The position numbers and the translations under genes are program-made. 64,000 nt of DNA from a phage, in the sequence record OZ336096.1. The stretch is one strand, 5' to 3'. The notes beneath the pieces are model-generated. The model saw only the letters and a program-made list of their open reading frames with translations. It did no database searches and was not told the origin of the DNA. Shown one piece after another: positions 1 to 11,018 of the stretch. Positions within the stretch are counted from its first letter, which is position 1. The number at the start of each line of letters is the position of its first letter.

Positions 1-1602
1 ATGGACTTAAATGCTGTTAAGCAGAAGCGAGTGGAAGATGTTAGGAAAGTCCTAGCTGGAGAGTTGGGGCTTTCTGATGAAGTAAAAGAAATTATCAAGT
101 CATTCGGTAAAGACCCCTCTAAATTCCTTCCAACTCAAATTCTGACTTTATTAAGATACACACCAGACCAAGTTCGCCTTATCTTTAAATTGATGACTGA
201 TAAGAACTATGTAGCCCCTCAACCGGGTTCTCAAGAGGTCTTTTTAAATACTAATGCTGACTTGGTTCTCTATGGTGGTGCTGCTGGTGCTGGTAAGACT
301 GCCGCATTGTTAATGGACTCTTTAAGATTTATTGAAGACCCTAACTATAATGCTGTATATTTCCGTCGAAACACAACACAGTTACAAGGTGGTTTATGGC
401 CTGCTGCAAAGAAACTATTTGGTAAGTTTGGTGGGATTCCTCACGAGCAGAAAATGACTATCACGTTCCCTTCTGGGGCAACTATCAAGTTTACCTACCT
501 AGAACTTGAAAAGCACGCTGAAGGTCATCAGGGTATTGAATACTCAGCTATCTACTTTGACGAAGGTACACACTTCTCTGCTTCACAGATTTCATACCTA
601 CAAACCCGTCTACGTTCTGGTGCTGAAGGCGATTCATACATGAAGATTTCCATGAACCCAGATAGAGACCACTTTATTTACGATTGGGTAGAACCATTCT
701 TAGACGAAGAAGGTTATCCAGACCCTGAAAAGTGTGGTCGTATTCGTTGGTATGTTATGAACGATGGTGTGATGGTTTCTGATTGGGAGAGAGACAAGAT
801 TCTTGAAATGTTCCCTCTTGAGATTCCTCAAACATACACATTCATCTCTGGTACGATTGATGATAACCCAATTCTTGACTTCTTAGAACCTAAATATCGT
901 GGTAAGTTGGAAAACAACACACCTGTAAACGTTGCAAGACTTCGTTTCGGTAACTGGAAGGCTCGTGCAGAAGGTTCAAATTATTGGCAAAGACAATGGT
1001 GTGAGATTGTTGATTCACTCCCAGAAGATGTGTTTGATGTCAGAGCATGGGACTTAGCAGCAACTTTACCATCTGAGATTAACCCTAATCCAGACTGGAC
1101 AGCAGGTGTTAAGATGGGTAAATCTAAAAAAGACGGTTGCTATTATATCATTGATGTAGTAAGATTTAGAGATAGACCCTCTGGAGTCGAAACACAAATT
1201 AATTTGACTGCTGAAAGTGACGGTAAGCGAACTGGTATTTTTATCCCTCAAGACCCAGGCGCTGCTGGTAAATCCTACGCAACATCCCTCATCAGGAAAC
1301 TTGCCGAGAAAGGCTATCGTGCAAGAGCTAAACCAACAAATAAAGATAAAGTTACCCGATTTGCGGGGTTTTCTGCTGCTTCTGAAGCTGGACTTGTAAA
1401 AGTCTTGAGAGGTAGTTGGAATGAAGCTTACTTCCAAGAGCTTGAAGGCTTTTGTGGTGATGGCAAAACTAAAGATGACCAAGTGGATGCTACCAGTGAT
1501 GCTTTCAACAGTCTTAACGAAGTTAAATTATTCAAGCCACCATCAATGGGTGCTCACACAGACTTAGTGAGAGGGAACCCATATGAGGGGCTTAGACGTT
1601 GA
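1..1602 (+). CDS. terL: terminase large subunit
   Basis: 533-aa ORF with Walker-A-like motif GGAAGAGKT near N-terminus; immediately upstream of portal gene; begins at window position 1 so N-terminus may be incomplete. Confidence 0.85.
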   Translation: MDLNAVKQKRVEDVRKVLAGELGLSDEVKEIIKSFGKDPSKFLPTQILTLLRYTPDQVRLIFKLMTDKNYVAPQPGSQEVFLNTNADLVLYGGAAGAGKTAALLMDSLRFIEDPNYNAVYFRRNTTQLQGGLWPAAKKLFGKFGGIPHEQKMTITFPSGATIKFTYLELEKHAEGHQGIEYSAIYFDEGTHFSASQISYLQTRLRSGAEGDSYMKISMNPDRDHFIYDWVEPFLDEEGYPDPEKCGRIRWYVMNDGVMVSDWERDKILEMFPLEIPQTYTFISGTIDDNPILDFLEPKYRGKLENNTPVNVARLRFGNWKARAEGSNYWQRQWCEIVDSLPEDVFDVRAWDLAATLPSEINPNPDWTAGVKMGKSKKDGCYYIIDVVRFRDRPSGVETQINLTAESDGKRTGIFIPQDPGAAGKSYATSLIRKLAEKGYRARAKPTNKDKVTRFAGFSAASEAGLVKVLRGSWNEAYFQELEGFCGDGKTKDDQVDATSDAFNSLNEVKLFKPPSMGAHTDLVRGNPYEGLRR

Positions 1603-1609
1603 TAGCTAG

Positions 1610-3085
1610 GTGAGAAGAATGGCAGATATTACAGAAACACAAGAAAGCTTACCACCATTTAGAATGGGTGAAGTAGGTTCTTTGGGTCTGAAGGTTAAGA
1701 ATGGAAGAATCTATGAAGAACCTCGTCAGGCACTAAGGTTCCCTGAAAGTATTAAAACTTTTCAATTAATGATGCGTGACCCTGCTGTAGCAGCATCTGT
1801 GAATATTATTAAGATGTTTGTCAGAAAAGTCAACTGGAGATTTGTACCTCCAAAGGGAAAAGAGCAAGACCCTAAAATGCTTGAAAGAGCAGACTTCTTT
1901 AATTCTTTAATGGATGACATGGAGCATGATTGGGCAGATTTTATTAACTCTGTAATGTCATTCTGCACTTATGGGTTCTGTGTTAACGAAAAAGTTTATA
2001 AGAAGCGACAGGGTAAAAAAGGAAAGTACCAGTCTAAGTTTGATGATGGTCTAATTGGGTGGGCTAAATTACCAATCAGAAACCAATCAACACTTGATAA
2101 GTGGTATTTTGACGAAGACTTTAGAAAAGTTACTGGTGTTAGACAGAATCTGAGAAATGTTTCACATATTGCTGGAGCAATTAATCTTGGGGAAAGACCT
2201 CTAACAAGAAAACTCCCACGAGCTAAATTCATGCTGTTTAAGTATGATGATGAATATGGAAATCCAGAAGGTCGTTCACCATTACTTAATGCTTATGTAC
2301 CGTGGAAATATAAAGTACAGATTGAAGAGTACGAAGCTGTTGGTGTTTCAAGAGACTTGGTAGGTATGCCAAAGATTGGTTTACCACCAGATTATCTGGA
2401 TGAAAATGCAGAACCTGAAAAGAAAGCTTTCGTACAATACTGCAAAACTGTTGTTAACGATATGATTGCTAATGATAGAGCAGGTTTAATCTGGCCTAGA
2501 TATATCGACCCAGATACTAAAGAGGATATTTTTGAGTTCTCATTAGTTTCTAGACAGGGTGCTAAAGCATACGATACAGGTTCTATTATTGACAGATATT
2601 CCAAGCAGATTATGATGGCATTTATGTCAGATGTTCTTGCTATGGGTCAGTCAAAATACGGTTCATTCTCTCTTGCAGATTCTAAGACAAGCTTACTAGC
2701 AATGTCGGTAGATATCCTGCTGAAGCAAATTAAGAACGTAATTAACCGTGATTTAGTTGCACAGACTTATGCTCTTAATATGTGGGACGATGAAGAACAT
2801 GTACAAATCACATATGATGATATCGAAACTCCAGACCTTGAAGCAATTGGTTCTTATATCCAGAAGACTGTTGCAGTAGGTGCTTTGGAAGTTGACAAAG
2901 AACTATCTAATAAGCTTAGAGAGCATATTGGTCTTCCTCCTGCTGATGAGTCTCAGCCAGTATCTGAAAAGCTTTCTCCAAATAGCCAAAGCCGTTCAGG
3001 AGATGGTTACAAGACCGCTGGAGAAGGTACTGCAAAGACACCTTCAGCGAAAGACCCAAGCACAGCAAATAAGGCAAATAAATAA
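1610..3085 (+). CDS. portal protein
   Basis: 491-aa ORF directly downstream of terL and upstream of prohead protease; size and synteny typical of portal. Confidence 0.7.
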   Translation: MRRMADITETQESLPPFRMGEVGSLGLKVKNGRIYEEPRQALRFPESIKTFQLMMRDPAVAASVNIIKMFVRKVNWRFVPPKGKEQDPKMLERADFFNSLMDDMEHDWADFINSVMSFCTYGFCVNEKVYKKRQGKKGKYQSKFDDGLIGWAKLPIRNQSTLDKWYFDEDFRKVTGVRQNLRNVSHIAGAINLGERPLTRKLPRAKFMLFKYDDEYGNPEGRSPLLNAYVPWKYKVQIEEYEAVGVSRDLVGMPKIGLPPDYLDENAEPEKKAFVQYCKTVVNDMIANDRAGLIWPRYIDPDTKEDIFEFSLVSRQGAKAYDTGSIIDRYSKQIMMAFMSDVLAMGQSKYGSFSLADSKTSLLAMSVDILLKQIKNVINRDLVAQTYALNMWDDEEHVQITYDDIETPDLEAIGSYIQKTVAVGALEVDKELSNKLREHIGLPPADESQPVSEKLSPNSQSRSGDGYKTAGEGTAKTPSAKDPSTANKANK

Positions 3086-3585
3086 TGGCTGAAGTTATCT
3101 CTATTTCAAATGCTACACGAGTGCATTCGTATAGAGGTGTTCTTATCATTACTGACAAGTTATCTGTAGAGGCTGGCTCAAGGGTCAGCCTTTCAGGTTA
3201 TGTAAGTGATGGTGGAACCTCTGACGTTTTCACTATTTGCAGGTTACTTGATGCTCCAATGAGTGGAAAACCGTTTATTTCAGGAAATTGTAGTGAAATT
3301 GTTAAAATTCCATTTGACAGTTCATGCCTTTTGGGTGTAAAGTTATATAACTGCGAGAATAAACGTATCAATGTTAATAGCATTGAATCCGCTTTCATTA
3401 CCCTCGACACTGCATTTCAATCTCCAATGACAGTTAATAAAGAAACAAACAGACTTGAATACATTTTTTCACAAAATGATTACAAAGTACTTGTCAAAGG
3501 TAAAGTATATGATATGATTGTAAATGTGGTAGATGAATCTGGTAACCATTCAACAGTCCTTAAACAAAAAGTAAGGTTTAATTAA
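3085..3585 (+). CDS. hypothetical protein (head module)
   Basis: 166-aa ORF tightly packed between portal and protease genes. Confidence 0.4.
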   Translation: MAEVISISNATRVHSYRGVLIITDKLSVEAGSRVSLSGYVSDGGTSDVFTICRLLDAPMSGKPFISGNCSEIVKIPFDSSCLLGVKLYNCENKRINVNSIESAFITLDTAFQSPMTVNKETNRLEYIFSQNDYKVLVKGKVYDMIVNVVDESGNHSTVLKQKVRFN

Positions 3586-3917
3586 TGGGAACATTAACTA
3601 TTGATGGTAAGAATAAAATCCTCGCCACGCTAACCCCAACGACTATTATTTTACACAATGTAGACCCAACGGCAGACCCTACAGCAAATAAGGTTACTCA
3701 GCCAGTGGCTATTTATTTTTCTGAACCGGATAATGGCTTAATTGCCTCAGAAGATACAGTTAATATTACTGTTCCAGCTTCTGCAACGGTCTCACACTAT
3801 AGCTTGTGGGATGCTAACGATAAATGCGTGGCAACTGGTGCTCTTAGCAAACCTCAATTCTTCGCTGAAGAAGGTATCTATGTTATCTCTTCAGTCTCTG
3901 TAGATTTAAACAAATAG
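3585..3917 (+). CDS. hypothetical protein (head module)
   Basis: 110-aa ORF, start overlaps stop of upstream ORF (ATGA-type coupling). Confidence 0.4.
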   Translation: MGTLTIDGKNKILATLTPTTIILHNVDPTADPTANKVTQPVAIYFSEPDNGLIASEDTVNITVPASATVSHYSLWDANDKCVATGALSKPQFFAEEGIYVISSVSVDLNK

Positions 3918-3928
3918 GGTGAGTAAAA

Positions 3929-5275
3929 ATGAGTTCGAATATCTTCAGACTTGCTGATAGATTATTCAACCAACCTTTACTAGCCACTGAATCATTAGCT
4001 CACTCAGCAGCAACTTATGTGAATAACAGATTGCTGGGTGATGTCCAAGCAGCAGTAAACTTTGATAAACCCAAAGGTGAAGCAAGAAGTCTTTTAAAAG
4101 TGAAAGATGACATTGCTATTATCCCTATTATGGGTGGCTTAACCCATCGTATGACATTCATTGATGCAATGTGTACAGGTGGATTAAGCTCTTATGAAGG
4201 TTTGCGTAGAGGCTTTGACGAAGCTTTAGCAGATGAGTCAATTAAGACTATCGTTCTGCATATTGATTCCGGTGGTGGTGAAGCTTCAGGTTGCTTTGAA
4301 TTAGCACGTCACATTATGGCTTCAAGAGGCCAAAAGAAAATTATTGCCTATGTAGATGAGTTCGCTTGTTCCGCTGCATATGCTCTTGCATCTTCTGCTG
4401 AAGAAATTATTGCATCACCAGATGCAGATGTTGGTTCTATTGGTGTAATTATGGTTCATCAGGAATTAACTAAGGCATTTGAAAAGAATGGCGTAACAAT
4501 TAACGTCATCAAAGCTGGTGAGTTTAAAGGTATGGGTTCACCATTCCAAGCACTCTCAGAAGAAAGCAAAGAAAGACTTCAAAAGAGAATTAATGATACC
4601 TACGCAACCTTTACAGGTTTTGTAGCCGAATCTCGTAATCTCTCTGAAGAAGCTGTAAAGAATACTGAGGCGAATGTTTATTCTGCTCAGGAAGCTCTTG
4701 AACTTGGTTTAATTAACTCAATCATGTCTCAAGATGATTTCTTAAATTACTTACAAGGTTCTGAAGAGGCTCCTGTAAGTTTAAACGTTAACAATTCAGG
4801 TGAAGAAATGACTGAACAAGAAAAGCAAGAACTAGAAGCTTTGCGTCTTCAGGTTGCTCAAATGAAAGCTAAAGAACAGGAAGCTGCTTTGTCAGATTTG
4901 ACTAATAAGATTTCTGCTTCTGCTGAAGCTTTTGGGTTTGATGCAAAAGAAGCTGCAACGACTATTTTAGGTGCTGGTCTTGACAACCCTCTGAGTGTTC
5001 TGTTTATGAATGCTATGGAAGGTGCTAACCAGAAACTTAATGAAACTATCGCGTCCCATGCTTCCGCAATGGAAGAAAAAGAATCAGAAATTACCAAGCT
5101 GAAAGAAACTGCTGGTGCTGTTCTTGAACATTCCAACGCTATGGAAGAAGTGGGTAATGACGGCGAAGCTGATTTGGTTGAAGAAGAAAAAGAACCAGCT
5201 AAGAATGCTTCCGAAGACACTGCTGAACAACGCAAACTGGCTCTCCAGAATGCTCTAAAATCTCTTATCAAATAA
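3929..5275 (+). CDS. prohead protease (S49/ClpP-like) with C-terminal coiled-coil scaffold-like domain
   Basis: N-terminal half resembles SppA/S49 peptidase (HIDSGGGEASG; VDEFACSAAYALASSA); C-terminal third is E/K/A-rich coiled coil; sits between portal and capsid genes. Confidence 0.75.
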   Translation: MSSNIFRLADRLFNQPLLATESLAHSAATYVNNRLLGDVQAAVNFDKPKGEARSLLKVKDDIAIIPIMGGLTHRMTFIDAMCTGGLSSYEGLRRGFDEALADESIKTIVLHIDSGGGEASGCFELARHIMASRGQKKIIAYVDEFACSAAYALASSAEEIIASPDADVGSIGVIMVHQELTKAFEKNGVTINVIKAGEFKGMGSPFQALSEESKERLQKRINDTYATFTGFVAESRNLSEEAVKNTEANVYSAQEALELGLINSIMSQDDFLNYLQGSEEAPVSLNVNNSGEEMTEQEKQELEALRLQVAQMKAKEQEAALSDLTNKISASAEAFGFDAKEAATTILGAGLDNPLSVLFMNAMEGANQKLNETIASHASAMEEKESEITKLKETAGAVLEHSNAMEEVGNDGEADLVEEEKEPAKNASEDTAEQRKLALQNALKSLIK

Positions 5276-5286
5276 GGAACACAATA

Positions 5287-5664
5287 ATGGCATATCAAGG
5301 TTTTACTAAGTTAGGTAAAAGAGAACCTCTGAATGATATCATTCTTTGGGAACAGGTTACCCCAACAGGCCACTCTCGTAAAGAGTACACCCCACAGGCA
5401 TCTACAGAATATCGTGTAGGTGAAGTTCTGAAAGCAGACGGTACTAAGGTTACAGCAGGGCAAGAAGCTCAGGCTGATTCAGTATGTATCGTTAACTTTT
5501 ATGCAGACCTGCAACTGTCTTATCATGGTCAGTTGAAAGTTGTTGGTATCCACCGTGATGCAGAACTAAAAGACCTGCTAATTCTTGAATCAAGCGTTAA
5601 TGCTGATGAAGTCAAGAAAGCTCTGGCTGCTAAAGGCATTGATTTCGTACCAACTGGCCTGTAA
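5287..5664 (+). CDS. hypothetical head protein (possible decoration protein)
   Basis: 125-aa ORF immediately upstream of major capsid gene. Confidence 0.35.
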   Translation: MAYQGFTKLGKREPLNDIILWEQVTPTGHSRKEYTPQASTEYRVGEVLKADGTKVTAGQEAQADSVCIVNFYADLQLSYHGQLKVVGIHRDAELKDLLILESSVNADEVKKALAAKGIDFVPTGL

Positions 5665-5697
5665 TAACAATAATAAGACATTCTGGAGAATTTTACA

Positions 5698-6804
5698 ATG
5701 TTGACTAATTCTGAAAAAAGCAGATTTTTCCTTGCTGACCTGACTGGTGAAGTCCAGTCTATCCCAAATACTTATGGGTATATTTCCAACTTAGGTCTGT
5801 TCCGTTCAGCACCAATCACCCAAACTACTTTCCTGATGGACTTGACTGATTGGGATGTTAGCTTGCTTGATGCGGTAGACCGTGATAGCCGTAAAGCAGA
5901 GACTAGCGCACCTGAGCGTGTTCGTCAAATCAGCTTCCCAATGATGTACTTCAAAGAAGTTGAAAGCATTACTCCTGATGAGATTCAGGGTGTACGTCAG
6001 CCAGGCACTGCAAATGAACTGACTACTGAAGCTGTAGTACGTGCTAAGAAGCTGATGAAGATTCGTACCAAGTTCGATATTACTCGTGAGTTCCTGTTTA
6101 TGCAAGCTCTGAAGGGTAAAGTTGTTGACGCTCGTGGTACTCTGTACGCTGACCTGTACAAGCAGTTCGACGTTGAGAAGAAGACTGTTTACTTCGACCT
6201 TGACAATCCGAACTCTGATATTGATGCTCACATCGAAGAACTACGTATGCACATGGAAGACGAAGCTAAGACTGGTACTGTAATCAACGGTGAAGAGATT
6301 CACGTAGTTGTTGACAGAACTTTCTTCAGTAAACTTACCAAGCATCCGAAGATTCGTGACGCATACCTTGCACAGCAGACTCCGCTGGCATGGCAACAGA
6401 TTACTGGCTCTCTGAGAACTGGTGGTTCTGATGGTGTTCAGGCTCATATGAACACTTTCTACTACGGTGGTGTTAAGTTTGTCCAGTACAACGGTAAGTT
6501 CAAAGACAAGCGTGGTAATGTTCACACTCTGGTGAGCATTGATAGTGTAGCAGCAACTGTTGGTGTAGGTCATGCTTTCCCTAACGTTTCTATGCTGGGT
6601 GAAGCTAACAACATCTTCGAAGTGGCATATGGCCCATGTCCTAAGATGGGTTACGCAAATACACTTGGTCAGGAACTATACGTATTCGAATACGAAAAAG
6701 ACCGTGACGAAGGTATCGACTTTGAAGCTCACTCTTACATGCTGCCATACTGTACTCGTCCTCAGTTGCTGGTAGATGTTCGCGCTGACGCTCAAGGTGG
6801 CTAA
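5698..6804 (+). CDS. major capsid protein
   Basis: 368-aa ORF following protease and small head protein; size and synteny typical of HK97-fold capsid; no motif check possible. Confidence 0.7.
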   Translation: MLTNSEKSRFFLADLTGEVQSIPNTYGYISNLGLFRSAPITQTTFLMDLTDWDVSLLDAVDRDSRKAETSAPERVRQISFPMMYFKEVESITPDEIQGVRQPGTANELTTEAVVRAKKLMKIRTKFDITREFLFMQALKGKVVDARGTLYADLYKQFDVEKKTVYFDLDNPNSDIDAHIEELRMHMEDEAKTGTVINGEEIHVVVDRTFFSKLTKHPKIRDAYLAQQTPLAWQQITGSLRTGGSDGVQAHMNTFYYGGVKFVQYNGKFKDKRGNVHTLVSIDSVAATVGVGHAFPNVSMLGEANNIFEVAYGPCPKMGYANTLGQELYVFEYEKDRDEGIDFEAHSYMLPYCTRPQLLVDVRADAQGG

Positions 6805-6824
6805 TAAACTTAGGAGGGTTATGA

Positions 6825-7274
6825 ATGTGTTATACAGGCGACCCAGCCAATAACCCTCTTGATAGAGTAAGAATCCTCTGCACAGACACTAATAATGATG
6901 AAATTCTTATTGAGCAGTCTGTGCTAGAGTGGTTCTATCTAGAATCTGGAAAGGATGAAAAGAAAGCAGCCATCAAAGCTCTTAAATATTTACTCTTTCA
7001 AGTAGCCAAGATGGGAGATGAGAAGGTTGGTGGTGTTTATTTACGTAACTCTTCCAGATTCAAGTCTCTGAAAGCTGTTTATGACGACCTTGTTAAAAGC
7101 TCTGTTTCAGGACTACCCTATGCAGGTGGTATTAATCAGTGTGATATTGACATGCGTCGTCAAAATCCTTGCTCTGTCAAGAAATACACAGAATATGGTG
7201 ATGCTGCCAGATACGAAGGCAGAGATTACTGCAACCGTGTTAATGGCGTATTTATTATCGAGCGAGATGAATAA
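6825..7274 (+). CDS. head-tail connector region protein
   Basis: 149-aa ORF in the capsid-to-tail joining block. Confidence 0.4.
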   Translation: MCYTGDPANNPLDRVRILCTDTNNDEILIEQSVLEWFYLESGKDEKKAAIKALKYLLFQVAKMGDEKVGGVYLRNSSRFKSLKAVYDDLVKSSVSGLPYAGGINQCDIDMRRQNPCSVKKYTEYGDAARYEGRDYCNRVNGVFIIERDE

Positions 7275-7756
7275 TGGTTAAAAGGGTTATTCACCCCGCT
7301 AGAGCAAAATTAGTCGGGGCTATGAAGAACTTGCAAACGGCTAATGCTCAAGTTGGGTATTTTCAAGAACAAGGTCAACATAGCTCTGGTTTTTCTTATC
7401 CTGCTTTAATGTATTTACAAGAAGTTATTGGGGTTCCTTCAGCTTCTGGTAAAGTATATCGTAGGTTGTTTGAAATCACTATGATGCTAAACAAACAGAC
7501 CTTGTTAGAGCAGACTAAGAAGAATCTATATAAGCAACTTAGCAGTCTCAACACAGACCCTTCAGATACCTTAGAAGCATTTGCAAAGAATGCTCAAAAG
7601 GCAATTAAAAGGGGCTTTGGTAACTCTGCTATCCTCCCTCCTAACGCACCTTCCACAGTCAAGAAAAAAGGCTTTAACGCACCTCTTGTTGAGACAGGTG
7701 ACTTAAGAGATAACCTTGCTTATAAAATTTCTACTAAGAAGGGTATTAAGAAATGA
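7274..7756 (+). CDS. head-tail connector region protein
   Basis: 160-aa ORF, translationally coupled to neighbours. Confidence 0.4.
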   Translation: MVKRVIHPARAKLVGAMKNLQTANAQVGYFQEQGQHSSGFSYPALMYLQEVIGVPSASGKVYRRLFEITMMLNKQTLLEQTKKNLYKQLSSLNTDPSDTLEAFAKNAQKAIKRGFGNSAILPPNAPSTVKKKGFNAPLVETGDLRDNLAYKISTKKGIKK

Positions 7757-8154
7757 GGCTCTTAAACAGACACAGCTTTGTAGTAAAGCGTAAAGTCTCT
7801 GAAGACGGTTATTATAATGATGATGGTGATTGGGTAGCTTCACAAGATGTTGTAGAGGTTAACTGTAAAGGTAATATCCAGCCATATATCAAAGGTTCTG
7901 TAAAGAATGGTACACAGATTGCTTTACCGGAAGGTATCAGGCTTACCGATACAAGAATCCTGTATACCACATATAAACTTAGAACTTCAGATGATGTAGA
8001 GTGGAATGAGTCTGATATTGTTATGATTGATGGTCATGAGTATGAAGTATTTATGACTATGGATTGGTCACAGCAATTAGCCCATACGTCCCATTATGAA
8101 TATATCATTATTAGAAGGGATAAAATGAATGCAGTTAGAAACAGCAGAACTTGA
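7753..8154 (+). CDS. head-tail connector region protein
   Basis: 133-aa ORF, overlapping start and stop with neighbours. Confidence 0.4.
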   Translation: MRLLNRHSFVVKRKVSEDGYYNDDGDWVASQDVVEVNCKGNIQPYIKGSVKNGTQIALPEGIRLTDTRILYTTYKLRTSDDVEWNESDIVMIDGHEYEVFMTMDWSQQLAHTSHYEYIIIRRDKMNAVRNSRT

Positions 8155-8728
8155 AAAAGGTCTAGTTAGAACCTTAGTGGATGTTATTGGTCACAGACTA
8201 GCTCGTGATAAAAATAATAGACCAAACGTAATTAGAGCTTACCCTTCTGATAACTCAAATGACAAAGGTTTAAAACCTGACCAGCCATTTATTACCGTAT
8301 ATTGTCAAGATGCCGCAACACCTTATGGTTGGGTTCTTGATAAGTTTGTTGAGGATGATGTAGTTTGCTACAGAATTGCTTTTCAGATTCCTGTATTGAT
8401 TACGGTAAATGGTAAAGGTGCTCACAGTATTATGCTTGAGCTTAAACAACGATTAGAGATGAGTTCAGTCAGAGATTTAATTCTTGAAGAGACAGGAGCT
8501 ACAGTACTAGACACTGGAGCCATCCCAAATGACTATACTTATCTCAATACAGATTTCGAAAATTCTGCGCCTCTTGTTGTAACTCTTGTAAAAAACTCAG
8601 TCCTGAAGGATGAACGTGGAAGTATTATTGAGCGTGTCATTGTTGATGGTGAGTTGGTTTATGAAGAAGGACAAGAGTCACCAGAATATACTATCCATCT
8701 AGATGTAGACTCCAAAGGGGTAAAATAA
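8129..8728 (+). CDS. tail completion / connector protein
   Basis: 199-aa ORF immediately upstream of the putative sheath gene. Confidence 0.4.
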   Translation: MQLETAELEKGLVRTLVDVIGHRLARDKNNRPNVIRAYPSDNSNDKGLKPDQPFITVYCQDAATPYGWVLDKFVEDDVVCYRIAFQIPVLITVNGKGAHSIMLELKQRLEMSSVRDLILEETGATVLDTGAIPNDYTYLNTDFENSAPLVVTLVKNSVLKDERGSIIERVIVDGELVYEEGQESPEYTIHLDVDSKGVK

Positions 8729-10081
8729 ATGTGGAATCCAATTGTTAATGTAGATATTACATTGAACACCGCAGGAACTACAAGAGAAGGTTTTGGCTTG
8801 CCACTATTCTTAGCTTCAACAGACAACTTTGAAGAAAGAGTACGTGGCTACACTTCCTTAACTGAAGTTGCTGAAGATTTCGATGAGAATACTGCTGCAT
8901 ATAAGGCTGCTAAACAACTTTGGAGTCAGACTCCTAAAGTAACTCAGCTTTATATTGGTAGACGTACTATGCAGTACACTGTATCAATTCCTAATACTGT
9001 TACCGAAAGTACAGACTACTCAATTACTGTAGCTGTTGGTGGTGGAATTTCTCAACCATATCAGTACACATCAAAAAGCTCAGATACTGCTGAGAAAGTT
9101 TTGCAACAGCTTAAAACACAGATTGAAGCTGACCCAACAATCAAAGATAAGGTTTCTGTGAACGTAACTGGTAGTGGTGCTTCTGCCACAATGATTATTA
9201 CCAAAGCTGGTGATAATGACTTTGTGAAAGTAACAACCACAGCACAGACTGTATATATTGCAAGTACAACTGCCGATACAGCATCAACTGCTCTGGCAGC
9301 TATCGAAGCTTACTCTACTGACTGGTATTTCATTGCAGCAGAAGACAGAACTCAACAGTTTGTCTTAGCAATGGCTTCTGAGATTCAGGCTCGCAAGAAA
9401 ATCTTCTTTACAGCTAACTCCGATGTATCAGCACTACAAGGCACAGAATTAAACAGTGCAAACGATGTTCCAGCACAGCTTGCTAAGAGTATGTATACTC
9501 GCACAGTTTGCTTGTGGCATCACACAGCAGCAGAAGACTATCCAGAGATGGCATACATTGCTTATGGTGCTCCATACGATGCAGGGTCAATTGCTTGGGG
9601 TAATGCTCAGTTGACTGGTGTAGCTGCTTCTCTACAGCCAGCTAATAAGAGACCTCTGACAAGTATTCAGAAGTCTGCTTTAGATGCACGTCACTGTAAC
9701 TTTATTGACCTTGATGGTGGTGTTCCAGTGGTTCGTAGAGGGATTACTTCTGGTGGGGAATGGATTGATATCATCCGTGGTGTTGACTGGTTAGAATCAG
9801 ACCTGAAAACTTCTCTGAGAGACTTGCTAATTAATCAGAAGGGTGGTAAGATTACTTATGATGATACTGGTATTACCCGTATTCGTCAAGTCATTGAAAC
9901 CTCTCTGCAAAGAGCAGTCAACAGAAACTTCCTGTCATCTTACACAGTTAATGTTCCTAAAGCCTCTCAAGTTGCTTTAGCAGACAAGAAAGCGCGTATC
10001 CTGAAAGACGTCACCTTCGCAGGTGTCTTAGCAGGGGCTATCTTGGATGTTGACTTGAAAGGTACAGTGGCTTACGAATAA
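8729..10081 (+). CDS. tail sheath protein
   Basis: 450-aa ORF directly followed by a 148-aa tube-sized ORF; canonical myovirus sheath-tube order. Confidence 0.6.
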   Translation: MWNPIVNVDITLNTAGTTREGFGLPLFLASTDNFEERVRGYTSLTEVAEDFDENTAAYKAAKQLWSQTPKVTQLYIGRRTMQYTVSIPNTVTESTDYSITVAVGGGISQPYQYTSKSSDTAEKVLQQLKTQIEADPTIKDKVSVNVTGSGASATMIITKAGDNDFVKVTTTAQTVYIASTTADTASTALAAIEAYSTDWYFIAAEDRTQQFVLAMASEIQARKKIFFTANSDVSALQGTELNSANDVPAQLAKSMYTRTVCLWHHTAAEDYPEMAYIAYGAPYDAGSIAWGNAQLTGVAASLQPANKRPLTSIQKSALDARHCNFIDLDGGVPVVRRGITSGGEWIDIIRGVDWLESDLKTSLRDLLINQKGGKITYDDTGITRIRQVIETSLQRAVNRNFLSSYTVNVPKASQVALADKKARILKDVTFAGVLAGAILDVDLKGTVAYE

Positions 10082-10096
10082 TAGAGGTAAATTGGA

Positions 10097-10543
10097 ATGG
10101 CTATGTATCAGCAATATTCCCCTAAAGACGTTGTATGTAGCTGGAATGGTATTGCCATTGAAGGCTTTGCCCCAGACTCATTCTTACGTCTACAGAGAAC
10201 ATCACCACTTGTGACACCAGTTGTTGGTGCAGGTGGTCAGGTTGCTCTGACAAGAAATGCAGACAAGACAGGTACTATTGAGATTGAGTTAATGCAGACC
10301 TCTCTCTCTAACCAGATGCTTTCTGCAATTCAAGCTAAACAAGACAATATGGAACTTGAAGAAGATATCTCTTCTAACTTCGTAATCTACGACCCATCAG
10401 GCTCTGTTCTGGCAACTGGTATCAATGCTTGGTTGCAGGAATTACCACAGGTTGAACTTGGTCGTGACCAGAACTCTAAAACTTGGATTTTTGGTTGTGA
10501 GAAGCTAGACTACACTTCTACAATTCCAGCGTCAAGTGTTTAA
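10097..10543 (+). CDS. tail tube protein
   Basis: 148-aa ORF after sheath, followed by a rho-independent terminator. Confidence 0.6.
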   Translation: MAMYQQYSPKDVVCSWNGIAIEGFAPDSFLRLQRTSPLVTPVVGAGGQVALTRNADKTGTIEIELMQTSLSNQMLSAIQAKQDNMELEEDISSNFVIYDPSGSVLATGINAWLQELPQVELGRDQNSKTWIFGCEKLDYTSTIPASSV

Positions 10544-10555
10544 TAAATCCTATAA

Positions 10556-10590
10556 GGGGGAGACTTTAAAAGGTCTTCCCCTTTTTTGTT
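10556..10590 (+). terminator. rho-independent terminator after tail tube gene
   Basis: GGGGAGAC...GTCTTCCCC stem followed by TTTTTTGTTTCTTTTT. Confidence 0.7.
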
Positions 10591-10617
10591 TCTTTTTAAA
10601 AGTATTAAGGAATCACA

Positions 10618-11016
10618 ATGAAAACAGAATCTAGAGTAATTAATGGCAAGAAAGTAAATATCGTTCTGCTTGGGGCAAGAGATGGTATTAAGATGTCTAT
10701 GAAGTTGGGTAAAATTGTTGTTCCAACTTTTGCACAGATGCTGTCAAGTCTGACTGACAAGGGTAAGAAGGAAGCTCCAACGGTTCCATTTAAAGAACTT
10801 GTTGAAGCTTGTTTTGACAGAATTGAAGAAATTAACCTTGAAGAAATGGCTACCCTGTTATTTCAAGGGGCAACTGTTGATGACTTCCCACTTAATATTG
10901 ATACGTACTTCCAAGCAAACTATGGTGAATTTATTGATTACTTAGCATTTGCGCTGGAGGCAAACTTCGGAAGTTTTTTCGAAGCAAGCATTTTCAAAAG
11001 CCTAACTTCTCAGTAA
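10618..11016 (+). CDS. tail assembly chaperone
   Basis: 132-aa ORF between tube and tape-measure genes. Confidence 0.45.
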   Translation: MKTESRVINGKKVNIVLLGARDGIKMSMKLGKIVVPTFAQMLSSLTDKGKKEAPTVPFKELVEACFDRIEEINLEEMATLLFQGATVDDFPLNIDTYFQANYGEFIDYLAFALEANFGSFFEASIFKSLTSQ

Positions 11017-11018
11017 AC